The notes beneath the pieces are model-generated. The model saw nothing but the letters and a program-made list of their open reading frames with translations. It had not been told where the DNA came from and searched no databases. DNA of 32,000 nt from Roseofilum acuticapitatum BLCC-M154 (lineage in GTDB: Bacteria; Cyanobacteriota; Cyanobacteriia; Cyanobacteriales; Desertifilaceae): NCBI RefSeq assembly GCF_030068475.1, contig NZ_JAQOSP010000148.1:56991-88990 (forward strand), read 5' to 3'. The translations under genes and the position numbers were made by a program. Positions 10,601 to 18,544 of the stretch are shown piece after piece. Each line of letters starts with the position of its first letter. Position 1 is the stretch's first letter.

Positions 10601-12579
10601 GCCACAGTTGCTGCTACATATTCTCCTACACTGTGACCCATGACGATAGTTGGTTTAATTCCCCAAGATTCCCATAACTTGAATAAAGCATATTCAATCG
10701 CAAACAGAGCAGGTTGTGTATAACCGGTTTCGTCTAACCCATTAGAACTTGACTGTTGTCCCTCTTTAGGGTATATCACCTCTAATAGAGGCACTTCTAG
10801 ATAGGGTTGTAAAATTTGGTCGCATCGTTCTAAAGCTTGACGGAAAGTTGGCTGACTTTCATACAATTGCTTACCCATATTCACATACTGAGAACCTTGG
10901 CCGGTGAATAGGAAAGCTATTTTAGAACTTGCGCTACCGCGATCGAACTCTCCACAAGATAGGCCAACAACTTCCTTGCCTCTTTTCCAATCCAGTAGCT
11001 TTTCTGCTAATTCTTTTGGCTCAGAAGCAACCACTGCTAGTCGATGCTGAAAATGTTGTCTTCCTGTATTAGCCGTGTAACAGATATCTGCTACTACCAA
11101 ATCTGGATAGGTTTCTAAATGCTTGTGATAACGATCGACTAAATCTTCTAAAGCTTTTTCTGTTTTAGCTGAAAGAGTCAATAGATGAACTGAACGTTCT
11201 AGATCATCTTTAGTGTTGCCTTCTTTTGGGACTTCTTCGAGAACGATATGAGCATTCGTGCCACCCATACCAAAGGAACTCACCCCCGCTATTCTGGGTT
11301 TTCCTTCATCAGAAGACCAAGGCATTAGTGAAGTCGGAATTTTGATGGGTAATCTATCCCAATCTACATGAGGATTCGGTTGTTTCAAGTGCAAATGAGC
11401 AGGAATTTCTTGGTGCTGAAGGGCTAAAATCACCTTGATCAAAGATGATACACCTGCTGCTGCTTCCAAATGCCCCAAATTGGTCTTGACCGATCCCACA
11501 ATTAAAGGAGAATCTACTGGACGTTTTTTGCCATATACTTCTGCCAGAGCTTCTATCTCAATGGGGTCTCCTAAAGACGTTCCTGTACCGTGAGCCTCTA
11601 AATAGCTAATTTGATGGGGTTCTAATTTGGCATTGGCTAATGCTTGTTGAATGACCTTTTTCTGGGCCATTCTATTAGGAACGGTCATCCCACTACTGGG
11701 GCCATCATGGTTAACAGCAGAACCTCGAATAACGGCGGAAATGAGATCCCCATCATTGACTGCATCAGACAAGCGTTTCAAAACTAGGACACCACATCCT
11801 TCTCCCTGACCATAACCATTGGCAGACGCATCAAAAGTCTTGCAACGACCATCAGGAGATAGTGCCTTCAGTTGGCAACGACCAATTGTGCTGAAGGGCG
11901 ATAAGATTAAATTAACTCCACCCACTAAGGCTAAGTTGGATTCTCCCGATCGCAAACTCTGACAGGCTAAATGGGCAGCAACTAAAGAACTTGAACACGC
12001 TGTATCGACCTGTATATTAGACCCTTGCAGACCCAAGAGATGAGAAATACGACCGACACCAATACTTCTATTGCTTCCAAGAGTCGGGTAACTTTTGGCT
12101 TCGTTTAGAATGACGGAAGAATAGTCATCTGTGGAGATGCCCATGAAGACACTGGTCTGACTATTCTTCAGGTTTGTCCAGGTTTGTCCCGAATTTTCTA
12201 GGGCTTCCCAGGTTACCTCTAACAGTAATCTGTACTGAGGATCTAAACTGACGGCTTCTCTTGGAGCGATACCAAAAAATAAGGGGTCAAACTGGTCAAC
12301 TTGCTCAATAAAGCCCCCTTGTTTGGTGTAAGCTTTCCCTGGAACTTCTGGATCGGGATCGTAATAAGCACTGACATCCCAGCGATCGCCAGGAACTGAG
12401 GTAATGGCATCTATGCCATCATGCAACAAACTCCAGTATTTTGAGGGGTCATTCGCTCCTCCAGGAAATCGACAGGCCATTCCTACAATGGCGATCGGTT
12501 CGGTTTTGGCTTTATTGACGGCTTCAAGCTTACCCCGCATGTCCTTCAAAGTTTGAAGCACTTCTTTGGATATGCTCAT
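7642..12579 (-). CDS. Type I modular polyketide synthase, beta-ketoreducing module: KS-AT-KR-ACP with docking regions
   Basis: 1645-aa ORF. N-terminal coiled-coil-like docking region: MSISKEVLQTLKDMRGKLEAVNKAK. KS: DTACSSS (Cys195, nt 11995-11997), EAHGTGT, TNLGHLE. AT: GHSVGE and VSHAFHS. KR: YLITGGLGALG (about nt 8900-8935), HAAGVLDDG (B-type), GNYAAAN. ACP: GMDSLMAVEL (about nt 7915-7935). The C-terminal docking tail is helical and acidic. There is no DH or ER. Confidence 0.95.
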   Translation of the reverse strand: MSISKEVLQTLKDMRGKLEAVNKAKTEPIAIVGMACRFPGGANDPSKYWSLLHDGIDAITSVPGDRWDVSAYYDPDPEVPGKAYTKQGGFIEQVDQFDPLFFGIAPREAVSLDPQYRLLLEVTWEALENSGQTWTNLKNSQTSVFMGISTDDYSSVILNEAKSYPTLGSNRSIGVGRISHLLGLQGSNIQVDTACSSSLVAAHLACQSLRSGESNLALVGGVNLILSPFSTIGRCQLKALSPDGRCKTFDASANGYGQGEGCGVLVLKRLSDAVNDGDLISAVIRGSAVNHDGPSSGMTVPNRMAQKKVIQQALANAKLEPHQISYLEAHGTGTSLGDPIEIEALAEVYGKKRPVDSPLIVGSVKTNLGHLEAAAGVSSLIKVILALQHQEIPAHLHLKQPNPHVDWDRLPIKIPTSLMPWSSDEGKPRIAGVSSFGMGGTNAHIVLEEVPKEGNTKDDLERSVHLLTLSAKTEKALEDLVDRYHKHLETYPDLVVADICYTANTGRQHFQHRLAVVASEPKELAEKLLDWKRGKEVVGLSCGEFDRGSASSKIAFLFTGQGSQYVNMGKQLYESQPTFRQALERCDQILQPYLEVPLLEVIYPKEGQQSSSNGLDETGYTQPALFAIEYALFKLWESWGIKPTIVMGHSVGEYVAATVAGVFSLEDGLKLIAMRGRLMQQLPSGGEMVAVMSSESVVTNAIGDKSSKVTIAAINGPESMVISGESEAIATICTRLESQGVKTQPLKVSHAFHSPLMEPMLAEFAAVAQEVTYRQPKIKFISNVTGQKAGNEVTQAEYWVNHIRQPVQFAQSIKTLHEQGNELFLEIGPKPVLLGMGSRCLPEDVGVWLPSLRPGVEEWQQMLSSLGQLYVKGITVNWSGFDQDYTRQKVALPTYPFQRERCWVEVNQPKEPQVSSKIIETPIVKLLSEGKTTDLAQQLEKAVNFSPEQLKLLPELLEVLAKQHQEQLAAVTIKNWFYEVQWKPLDRAGSNTKMQPSHWLVFADTTGVAEKFAQKLQQQGHQYSLVYRAESYQKQAAGKYQLNPSIPEEFDQLYQEIQEAGQLPLSRFIHLWSLDTPESKDLTLDALQETQLWGCGSVMHLVQTLLKNASTSQLWLVTRGSQSVLSQEKNIPGLAASPLWGLGRAMSIEHPQLWGGLVDLDPQATAADEIEMLWQLLGNEPEEDNLALRGDKTYVARLANQEPPEFPQPLSLSSEGSYLITGGLGALGLHTAQGLVEKGAKNIILTGRRPPSEKVQESIQQLEQAGCQVNVLLGDVSRKEEIAQILEQIQTSMPSLKGIIHAAGVLDDGTIQQMNWERFGQVMSPKVIGTWNLHQLTQNLPLDFFVCFSSMVSLIGSPGQGNYAAANAFMDALVGYRRSIGLSGLAINWGAWASEGMAARLAVEHQNRIQSSGISEMSPKEGMYALELLLGNQIADPPPVPLRKGEVRECCPVPGQVGVIAVNWSVLAEHWSGLQKSSLLRELLQKEDLAEHDALKQKAKVEILAKLEAASREERQEILIEHIRGQVVQVLGLSSSQLPEVNVGFMEMGMDSLMAVELKNRLQNQLGTHLPETVAMEYPTIAKLSLYVEELMEWKPTENGILSDGLNPRNPSEIGAESLPDLEDISEEDFEALAAQQLEKLKNML
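8215..8277. repeat. About 63-nt G5/C5 hairpin-repeat segment lying in frame inside the module-2 PKS gene (KR-ACP linker)
   Basis: The plus strand reads ...CTTCCCCCTTTCTAAGGGGGACTGGAGGGGGATC.... It holds a perfect hairpin CCCCCTT(8244-8250)-TCT-AAGGGGG(8254-8260). It encodes ADPPPVPLRKGEVRECCPVPG, which has no counterpart at the aligned position of the other two modules. Confidence 0.6.
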
Positions 12580-12580
12580 T

Positions 12581-15500
12581 TTAGTCTTCCTCCAGTAAAG
12601 CTTGAATTTCTTCTAACTCCGAAGCGATCGCGCTATCAAGTTCTCCTTCAAATTCCATTTCTATCTTCTGGGGAGGCGTTATATTTTCACTCTCTTCAAC
12701 ACTCCATTCTTCCTCTTTCTCTTCTGAGAAAATTTCTGCAAGTAAGTAGTCAGCTAAGTCTTTAATATTCGACTTTTCAAACAAGGTTGCTGTGCTGATC
12801 GAGAAACTAAAAGTAGCCATCAACTTATTTCTTAACTCAACCGCCATCAAGGAATCCATACCCATCCTGAAAAATCCTAATTCGGGATCGGGAAGTTTGG
12901 ATTTCGATAATCCGATAATTTTAGCGACATCATTTTGCAGATGCTCGATGAGGATTTCGAGCCGTTCGCTTTCTGGAGCTTGATAAAGTTGTTGTAAGAA
13001 TTCCGATCTCTGTTCAGAAGCCCCTTCTCCACTTCTTGCTTCTGAATCCAGTGAAATTTCTGCCAGAAATGACCGTTTACCTCCTAGTTCATAAAGTTCC
13101 TTAAATACATCCCAGTTGATATCTGCGACTACGGTTTGAGGGCGATCGCTTGCTAATACCTTCTCCAAAGCGGCGATCGCTTTTTCTGGTTCTAGAGGTT
13201 TTACGCCCATTTGGTTTAACCAATTCATGGCTTCTCCTGCTGCCATTCCTCCCCCTGACCAAGGCCCCCAATTGATACTATAGGTTGGTAATCCCAGAGA
13301 TTGCCGATAATCCGTTAATCCATCCAGAAAATGGTTAGCTGCTGCATAATGAGCTTGGCCTTTAGAACCCCAGACTGATGCAATAGAAGAGAAATTAACA
13401 AAAAAGTCTAGGTCTAGCTTCTCTGTTAACTGATGTAGCACCCATCCTCCGACTACTTTGGGACGCAATATGGCTTCGAGTTGAGAAAATTCCAACTCCT
13501 GAATCAGATCAGATCCGATGACTCCTGCTGCATGAATAACTCCTTTGAGAGGTGGCATAGTTTCTTGCACTTGCTTAAATGCCTTCTCCATATCTTGTTG
13601 CACAGATACATCGGCTTGAGTTACAACAACCTCTACGCCTTGCTTGCGTAAACTCTCAATTCTCAATTGTGCTTGATCTGATGGCTGAGAGCGACTGATT
13701 AATACTAGATGTTGACATCCCTTCTCTACCAACCATTGAGCTATATTCAGTCCTAATGCTCCTGTTCCCCCAGTAATTAAATAACTTCCTTCCTTACTCA
13801 AGGACACAGGGTTAGATTCTGCTAAGAGTTGTCTTTCTAAACGAGCTACATAGATTTCTCCATTACGAATAGCCAGTCGATCTTCTTCTGCTTCATCTTC
13901 TAGAACTTGTAGCAAGATTTCTGCTTCGCTTGTGGAAGATTGGCGATCTAAGTCTATTAATCCTCCCCATAATTGAGGATGTTCCAAAGATAAGACTTTT
14001 CCAAGTCCCCAGAGTGGGGTTTGGGCTATTGCAACTTCTTCTACAGGCAACACAGACTGGGAAGCTTGAGTGATTAACCACAGTTGAGGTGAGGATGATT
14101 TCCAGTATTTTTCCATCGCTTGCACCAGATGCAAGACGCTACCACAACTATTCTTTTGTGCTGACTCTAAAGCTGGCTGAGTGAGTTGTTGTGTCGGTGT
14201 AGTTTCCAGGCTCCACAAGTGAATGATTCTCGGATTTTCCCCCACAATTGCCTTTGCATCTTGGCAAAAACGCTCAAAATCGGCTGGATTAGATGGGTTT
14301 AGCTCCCAACTTGCTGTTTCCTTTTGCTGGTAGGTTTCACCCATAAATACAGTGAAACAGCGATCGTCTCTTTTTTCTAACCGGTTGGTCAGTTTTTCGC
14401 CTACCCCATCTCTATCGCTGAATATTATCCAAGTTTTTGGCTGTAGTGTTTTTTTATACTCTTGCCTAGGCGCTGCTTTTTGCCATTCCACCCCATAGAA
14501 CAGTTTTTGTAATGAAACATCAGAGTAATGTAGGGGTTTCTGTAGAATAGCTTGATTCCACTTGTAAATTTCATCTACTGACAACTGCTCTTGCTTTTGT
14601 GCTGTCATTATCACATAACTGACCAGCTTCTTACGCAACATCTTGTAGAGATTGTCATAAGATTGCAGCCCTACTCTGGCATTTTCATTTAAATTGCTTT
14701 TCTTACAAACATAGTTAAGATTCTCTGGGAAATTAGGATCGTCTAAACCATTAGCAATCTCGTTACTAATATCTACATAACGGATGATTTTGAGATGACT
14801 TTCTGATAATAAATCTAGCCATTCTTGTTGAGTCGCCAGATAAGATGAATGAGCATCATAATCAATGTTAAATGAGGCATTAGATATAAAGTCTGATATC
14901 ACGAAATCACCCCGATCGTTTAAGTGATTTTTGATATTTAAAAAGAGTTCTTTTTTCTTCTTGATATGACAAATGACTTCAAATCCGTAGATCAAATCGT
15001 AACGATCTGGAAACTCATCCTGAGAACTATCTCCATTAACGATTTTTACCCGTTCTTCTAAATTTAGTTGACTAATTTTTTTGTTTCCTAATTCTACTTG
15101 CCCTTCTGATATGGTATAACCACAAAGCTCTAAGTGATGATACTTCTGACCTAAAGCAATTAAATCAGTTCCATGACCACAACCAATATCTAGAACTTTA
15201 CGACAAGCAGAAAAATCGACTTTCTGCCAAGCTATATTTCTAATCTCTTGCTGGGCAGTTGATGCTAATTTTTGATATTTTTCTTGTATTTTTAATTGGG
15301 CGAAAAATAGAACCCATGAAAATCCTTTGATAATCCCTGGCAAAGGAATGTAGTTCAAAATTGCTTCTTCATCTGTCAACGAAGCTAACTCATCATAAAA
15401 GTCACCCACTATATCGCCCCGATCTTGCAGATACTTTTGATACCGAGCCTTCAAAATATCTAACAACTTCGGTAATAGTTTTTCTTCATCTTCGGTTAAT

Positions 15501-18292
15501 TCTTCCGATAACTTGAGTTCTCGAATTAATTCCTCTGGATCGCCTAGATCTAGTGGATTTGAACTATGATGGGTAGTATTTCGGTCTTGATTTTTAGTGG
15601 TTTCTACCCAATATCTTTCTCGCTGAAATGGATAAGTTGGCAATTCTACTTTCTGATTAGTATAATCGCGGCCAAATCCTGACCAATCTACATTGAAACC
15701 TTTTACATATAATTGCCCTAAGCTTAATAGCATTTGCTGCCATTCTTCTACTCCAGGACGTAATGACGGCAACCATACTCCGACATCTTCTGATAAACAT
15801 TGACGAGCCATGCCTAACAATATGGGTTTGGGGCCAATTTCTAAGAAAACGTTATACCCTTCTTCATGGAGAGTTTTCATACTCTGGGCAAATTTCACGG
15901 GTTGTCGAACATGATTGACCCAATATTTAGCAGTAGTCATGTCTGAACTCACTTTTTCCCCTGTAACATTTGATATGATGGGTATTTGAGGTTGACTATA
16001 GGTAACTTCCTGAGCGACTGCTTCAAACTCTGCTAACATTGGCTCCATCAACGGGGAATGAAAAGCATGGGAGACCTGTAGATGCTTGGTTTTAACGCCC
16101 ATTGCTTCTAATTTACCGCAAATGGTGGCGATCGCCCCACTCTCCCCGGAAATCACTGTACTCTCTGTCCCATTTATAGCTGCTATTGTTACTTGGTTAC
16201 TGTACTCTGCGATCGCCTCCCTCACTTGAGATTCTGATGCCATCACTGCCACCATCTCTCCACCAGGGGGCAACTCTTGCATCAACCGTCCCCGCATGGC
16301 GATTAATTTCAAACCATCTTCTAAGCTAAAAACGCCTGCGACTGTTGCTGCCACATATTCTCCCACACTATGACCCATCACCAAATTAGGTTTAATCCCC
16401 CAAGATTCCCATAACTTAGCTAGGGCATATTCTACAGAAAACAAAGCCGGTTGAGTATAAGCGGTTTGGTCTAATACAGAAGAACTTGACTGAGAATAGA
16501 TAACTTCTAATAGAGGGACTTCTAGATGTTTTTTCAGAATTTCATGGCATTGGTCTAGACTTTTCCTAAATGTGGGTTGAGTCTCATATAACTGTCGCCC
16601 CATATCTATATATTGAGAACCTTGCCCAGTAAACAGAAAGGCAATCTCCTTCTCCTTACTTTCTGCTTTTCCTCTTACCACTTCATTTGTCTCATCACCC
16701 TTCAGAAAATCTCCTAACTTTTGCTGTAGATCGCTGTTGGACTCGGCTACTATTGCCAGTCTTTCTGCAAAAGGTGTCCGTCCTGTATTGGCGCTGAAGC
16801 AGATATTTTGTAGCGATGCTTCCGCTTTGGATTCTAAATAAGTTTGATAGTTTTCTGCTAGTTCCCTTAGTGCTTGCTCTGTCTGCGCTGAGAGGGTTAA
16901 AATTTGTTGCGGACGCTCTAGCACTGGTTCATTGTTAACTTTTTCTAGGGGTTCTTCTAATACAATATGAGCATTAACACCACCGATACCAAAAGAACTT
17001 AAACCAGCACGTCTAGGAATCTCTTCTCCTGATTCATTGCTTAATCTTTCCCAGTCTTGCGTTTCCTCTAGCATATAGAACGGAGCATCTTTCAGACTAA
17101 TGCGTGGATTTAATTCCTTGAAGTTGACAATTTTGGGCAGCTTTTTGTGCTTCATTGCTAATAAGACTTTGATTAATCCCGCAATTCCTGCTGCTCCTTC
17201 TAAATGCCCGATATTGCTTTTTACTGCCCCTATGCCACAGTAGGCTTTCTCCGTCTTTTCGACTCCATACTGTTGATAAAGTTGTCTGTAGGCTCTTTTT
17301 AATGCATTAATTTCTATTGGGTCTCCCAATGGTGTGCCCGTTCCATGAGATTCGATGTAAGAGACTGTATCTGGAGAAATATTAGCGTTAGTATAGGCTG
17401 AACGAATGACTTGAGCTTGGGCGTAGACATTGGGAGAGGTTATCGTTCTCGCTCTACCTCCGTGATTAATGGCACTCCCTTGAATGACACCATAAATGCG
17501 ATCGCCATCTTCTATTGCTTTTGCCAGAGGCTTTAATAAAACAACTCCTGCTCCTTCTCCCCTCACATAACCATCAGCATCACTACTAAATGTTCTACAT
17601 TGTCCTGTTGGCGATAACATACCCAGTTGACTCATCTGGATGTAGGTTGTTGAGGTGAATAACACGCTGATCCCACCGACTAACGCCATCTCACATTCTG
17701 ATTCTTTGAGGGATTTAACCGCGTAATGAAGAGCGACTAGTGAGCTTGAACAAGCTGTATCTATTGGAATACTTGGGCCGTGTAGATTAAAAAATGAAGA
17801 GATGCGATTGGCAAGCATAGAAGTCCAAGTTCCTGTGCCACTATGACCTTCTACATTCTCTTGATTTTGGTTCATTAATAGAATAGAGTCATAGCTACAT
17901 GCCCCGATAAAAACACCTATATCTTTTCCTAAAACTTGAGAGAGGGAGTAACCTGCATCTTCGACACAAGACCAGCTCAATTCCAACAGGATTCTTTGTT
18001 GAGGGTCTATGTTTTTTGCTTCTCTGGGGGAAATATCGAAAAACTGAGCATCGAATTGGTCTATATCTTCTATCAACCCTAACCATTTACTGATAGTTTT
18101 GTGGGGAGTTTGGGGATTAGGCGAGTAATAGTCTTTGATGTTCCACCGGTTTTCAGGAATTTCTGTAATGCTATTGATTCCTTGTTCGAGGTTTTGCCAG
18201 AATTGATGGTAGTCTTTCGCGCCCGGAAACCGACAAGCCATCCCAATAATTGCGATGTCAGCTACATCCTTCTTTTCAATGGAATATTGCAT
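12581..18292 (-). CDS. Type I modular polyketide synthase, first module in operon: KS-AT-MT-KR-ACP
   Basis: 1903-aa ORF. KS: DTACSSS (Cys181, nt 17750-17752), ESHGTGT, SNIGHLE. AT: GHSVGE and VSHAFHS. Methyltransferase SAM motif I: VLDIGCGHGTD (about nt 15171-15200). KR: YLITGGTGALG (about nt 13760-13795), no LDD motif, SVWGSKGQAHYAAAN. ACP: GMDSLMAVEL (about nt 12841-12865). The C-terminal docking tail is acidic. Its stop codon is 1 nt from the next gene's start codon. Confidence 0.95.
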   Translation of the reverse strand: MQYSIEKKDVADIAIIGMACRFPGAKDYHQFWQNLEQGINSITEIPENRWNIKDYYSPNPQTPHKTISKWLGLIEDIDQFDAQFFDISPREAKNIDPQQRILLELSWSCVEDAGYSLSQVLGKDIGVFIGACSYDSILLMNQNQENVEGHSGTGTWTSMLANRISSFFNLHGPSIPIDTACSSSLVALHYAVKSLKESECEMALVGGISVLFTSTTYIQMSQLGMLSPTGQCRTFSSDADGYVRGEGAGVVLLKPLAKAIEDGDRIYGVIQGSAINHGGRARTITSPNVYAQAQVIRSAYTNANISPDTVSYIESHGTGTPLGDPIEINALKRAYRQLYQQYGVEKTEKAYCGIGAVKSNIGHLEGAAGIAGLIKVLLAMKHKKLPKIVNFKELNPRISLKDAPFYMLEETQDWERLSNESGEEIPRRAGLSSFGIGGVNAHIVLEEPLEKVNNEPVLERPQQILTLSAQTEQALRELAENYQTYLESKAEASLQNICFSANTGRTPFAERLAIVAESNSDLQQKLGDFLKGDETNEVVRGKAESKEKEIAFLFTGQGSQYIDMGRQLYETQPTFRKSLDQCHEILKKHLEVPLLEVIYSQSSSSVLDQTAYTQPALFSVEYALAKLWESWGIKPNLVMGHSVGEYVAATVAGVFSLEDGLKLIAMRGRLMQELPPGGEMVAVMASESQVREAIAEYSNQVTIAAINGTESTVISGESGAIATICGKLEAMGVKTKHLQVSHAFHSPLMEPMLAEFEAVAQEVTYSQPQIPIISNVTGEKVSSDMTTAKYWVNHVRQPVKFAQSMKTLHEEGYNVFLEIGPKPILLGMARQCLSEDVGVWLPSLRPGVEEWQQMLLSLGQLYVKGFNVDWSGFGRDYTNQKVELPTYPFQRERYWVETTKNQDRNTTHHSSNPLDLGDPEELIRELKLSEELTEDEEKLLPKLLDILKARYQKYLQDRGDIVGDFYDELASLTDEEAILNYIPLPGIIKGFSWVLFFAQLKIQEKYQKLASTAQQEIRNIAWQKVDFSACRKVLDIGCGHGTDLIALGQKYHHLELCGYTISEGQVELGNKKISQLNLEERVKIVNGDSSQDEFPDRYDLIYGFEVICHIKKKKELFLNIKNHLNDRGDFVISDFISNASFNIDYDAHSSYLATQQEWLDLLSESHLKIIRYVDISNEIANGLDDPNFPENLNYVCKKSNLNENARVGLQSYDNLYKMLRKKLVSYVIMTAQKQEQLSVDEIYKWNQAILQKPLHYSDVSLQKLFYGVEWQKAAPRQEYKKTLQPKTWIIFSDRDGVGEKLTNRLEKRDDRCFTVFMGETYQQKETASWELNPSNPADFERFCQDAKAIVGENPRIIHLWSLETTPTQQLTQPALESAQKNSCGSVLHLVQAMEKYWKSSSPQLWLITQASQSVLPVEEVAIAQTPLWGLGKVLSLEHPQLWGGLIDLDRQSSTSEAEILLQVLEDEAEEDRLAIRNGEIYVARLERQLLAESNPVSLSKEGSYLITGGTGALGLNIAQWLVEKGCQHLVLISRSQPSDQAQLRIESLRKQGVEVVVTQADVSVQQDMEKAFKQVQETMPPLKGVIHAAGVIGSDLIQELEFSQLEAILRPKVVGGWVLHQLTEKLDLDFFVNFSSIASVWGSKGQAHYAAANHFLDGLTDYRQSLGLPTYSINWGPWSGGGMAAGEAMNWLNQMGVKPLEPEKAIAALEKVLASDRPQTVVADINWDVFKELYELGGKRSFLAEISLDSEARSGEGASEQRSEFLQQLYQAPESERLEILIEHLQNDVAKIIGLSKSKLPDPELGFFRMGMDSLMAVELRNKLMATFSFSISTATLFEKSNIKDLADYLLAEIFSEEKEEEWSVEESENITPPQKIEMEFEGELDSAIASELEEIQALLEED

Positions 18293-18544
18293 AAACCTAA
18301 CGGAATCCCTGATGCAAGGAAAAAACGTCTTGAACCTTTTAACTTGAAGTCAGTGTACCACAAGAACTTGATTCCAACCAAGTCTTAACAAATTTTAACA
18401 ATTGATTGTCAAGAAGTATTGACAGACACTAGAGATTACTGAATTTCAAAGCTAACATGGAATATTCAGAATTAACTTTAGGGCCCTAAAGTTGCTGAAA
18501 ATCCCTTAATAATTCTGTGTCCTTTTGAGCTAGAGGAAACCATT

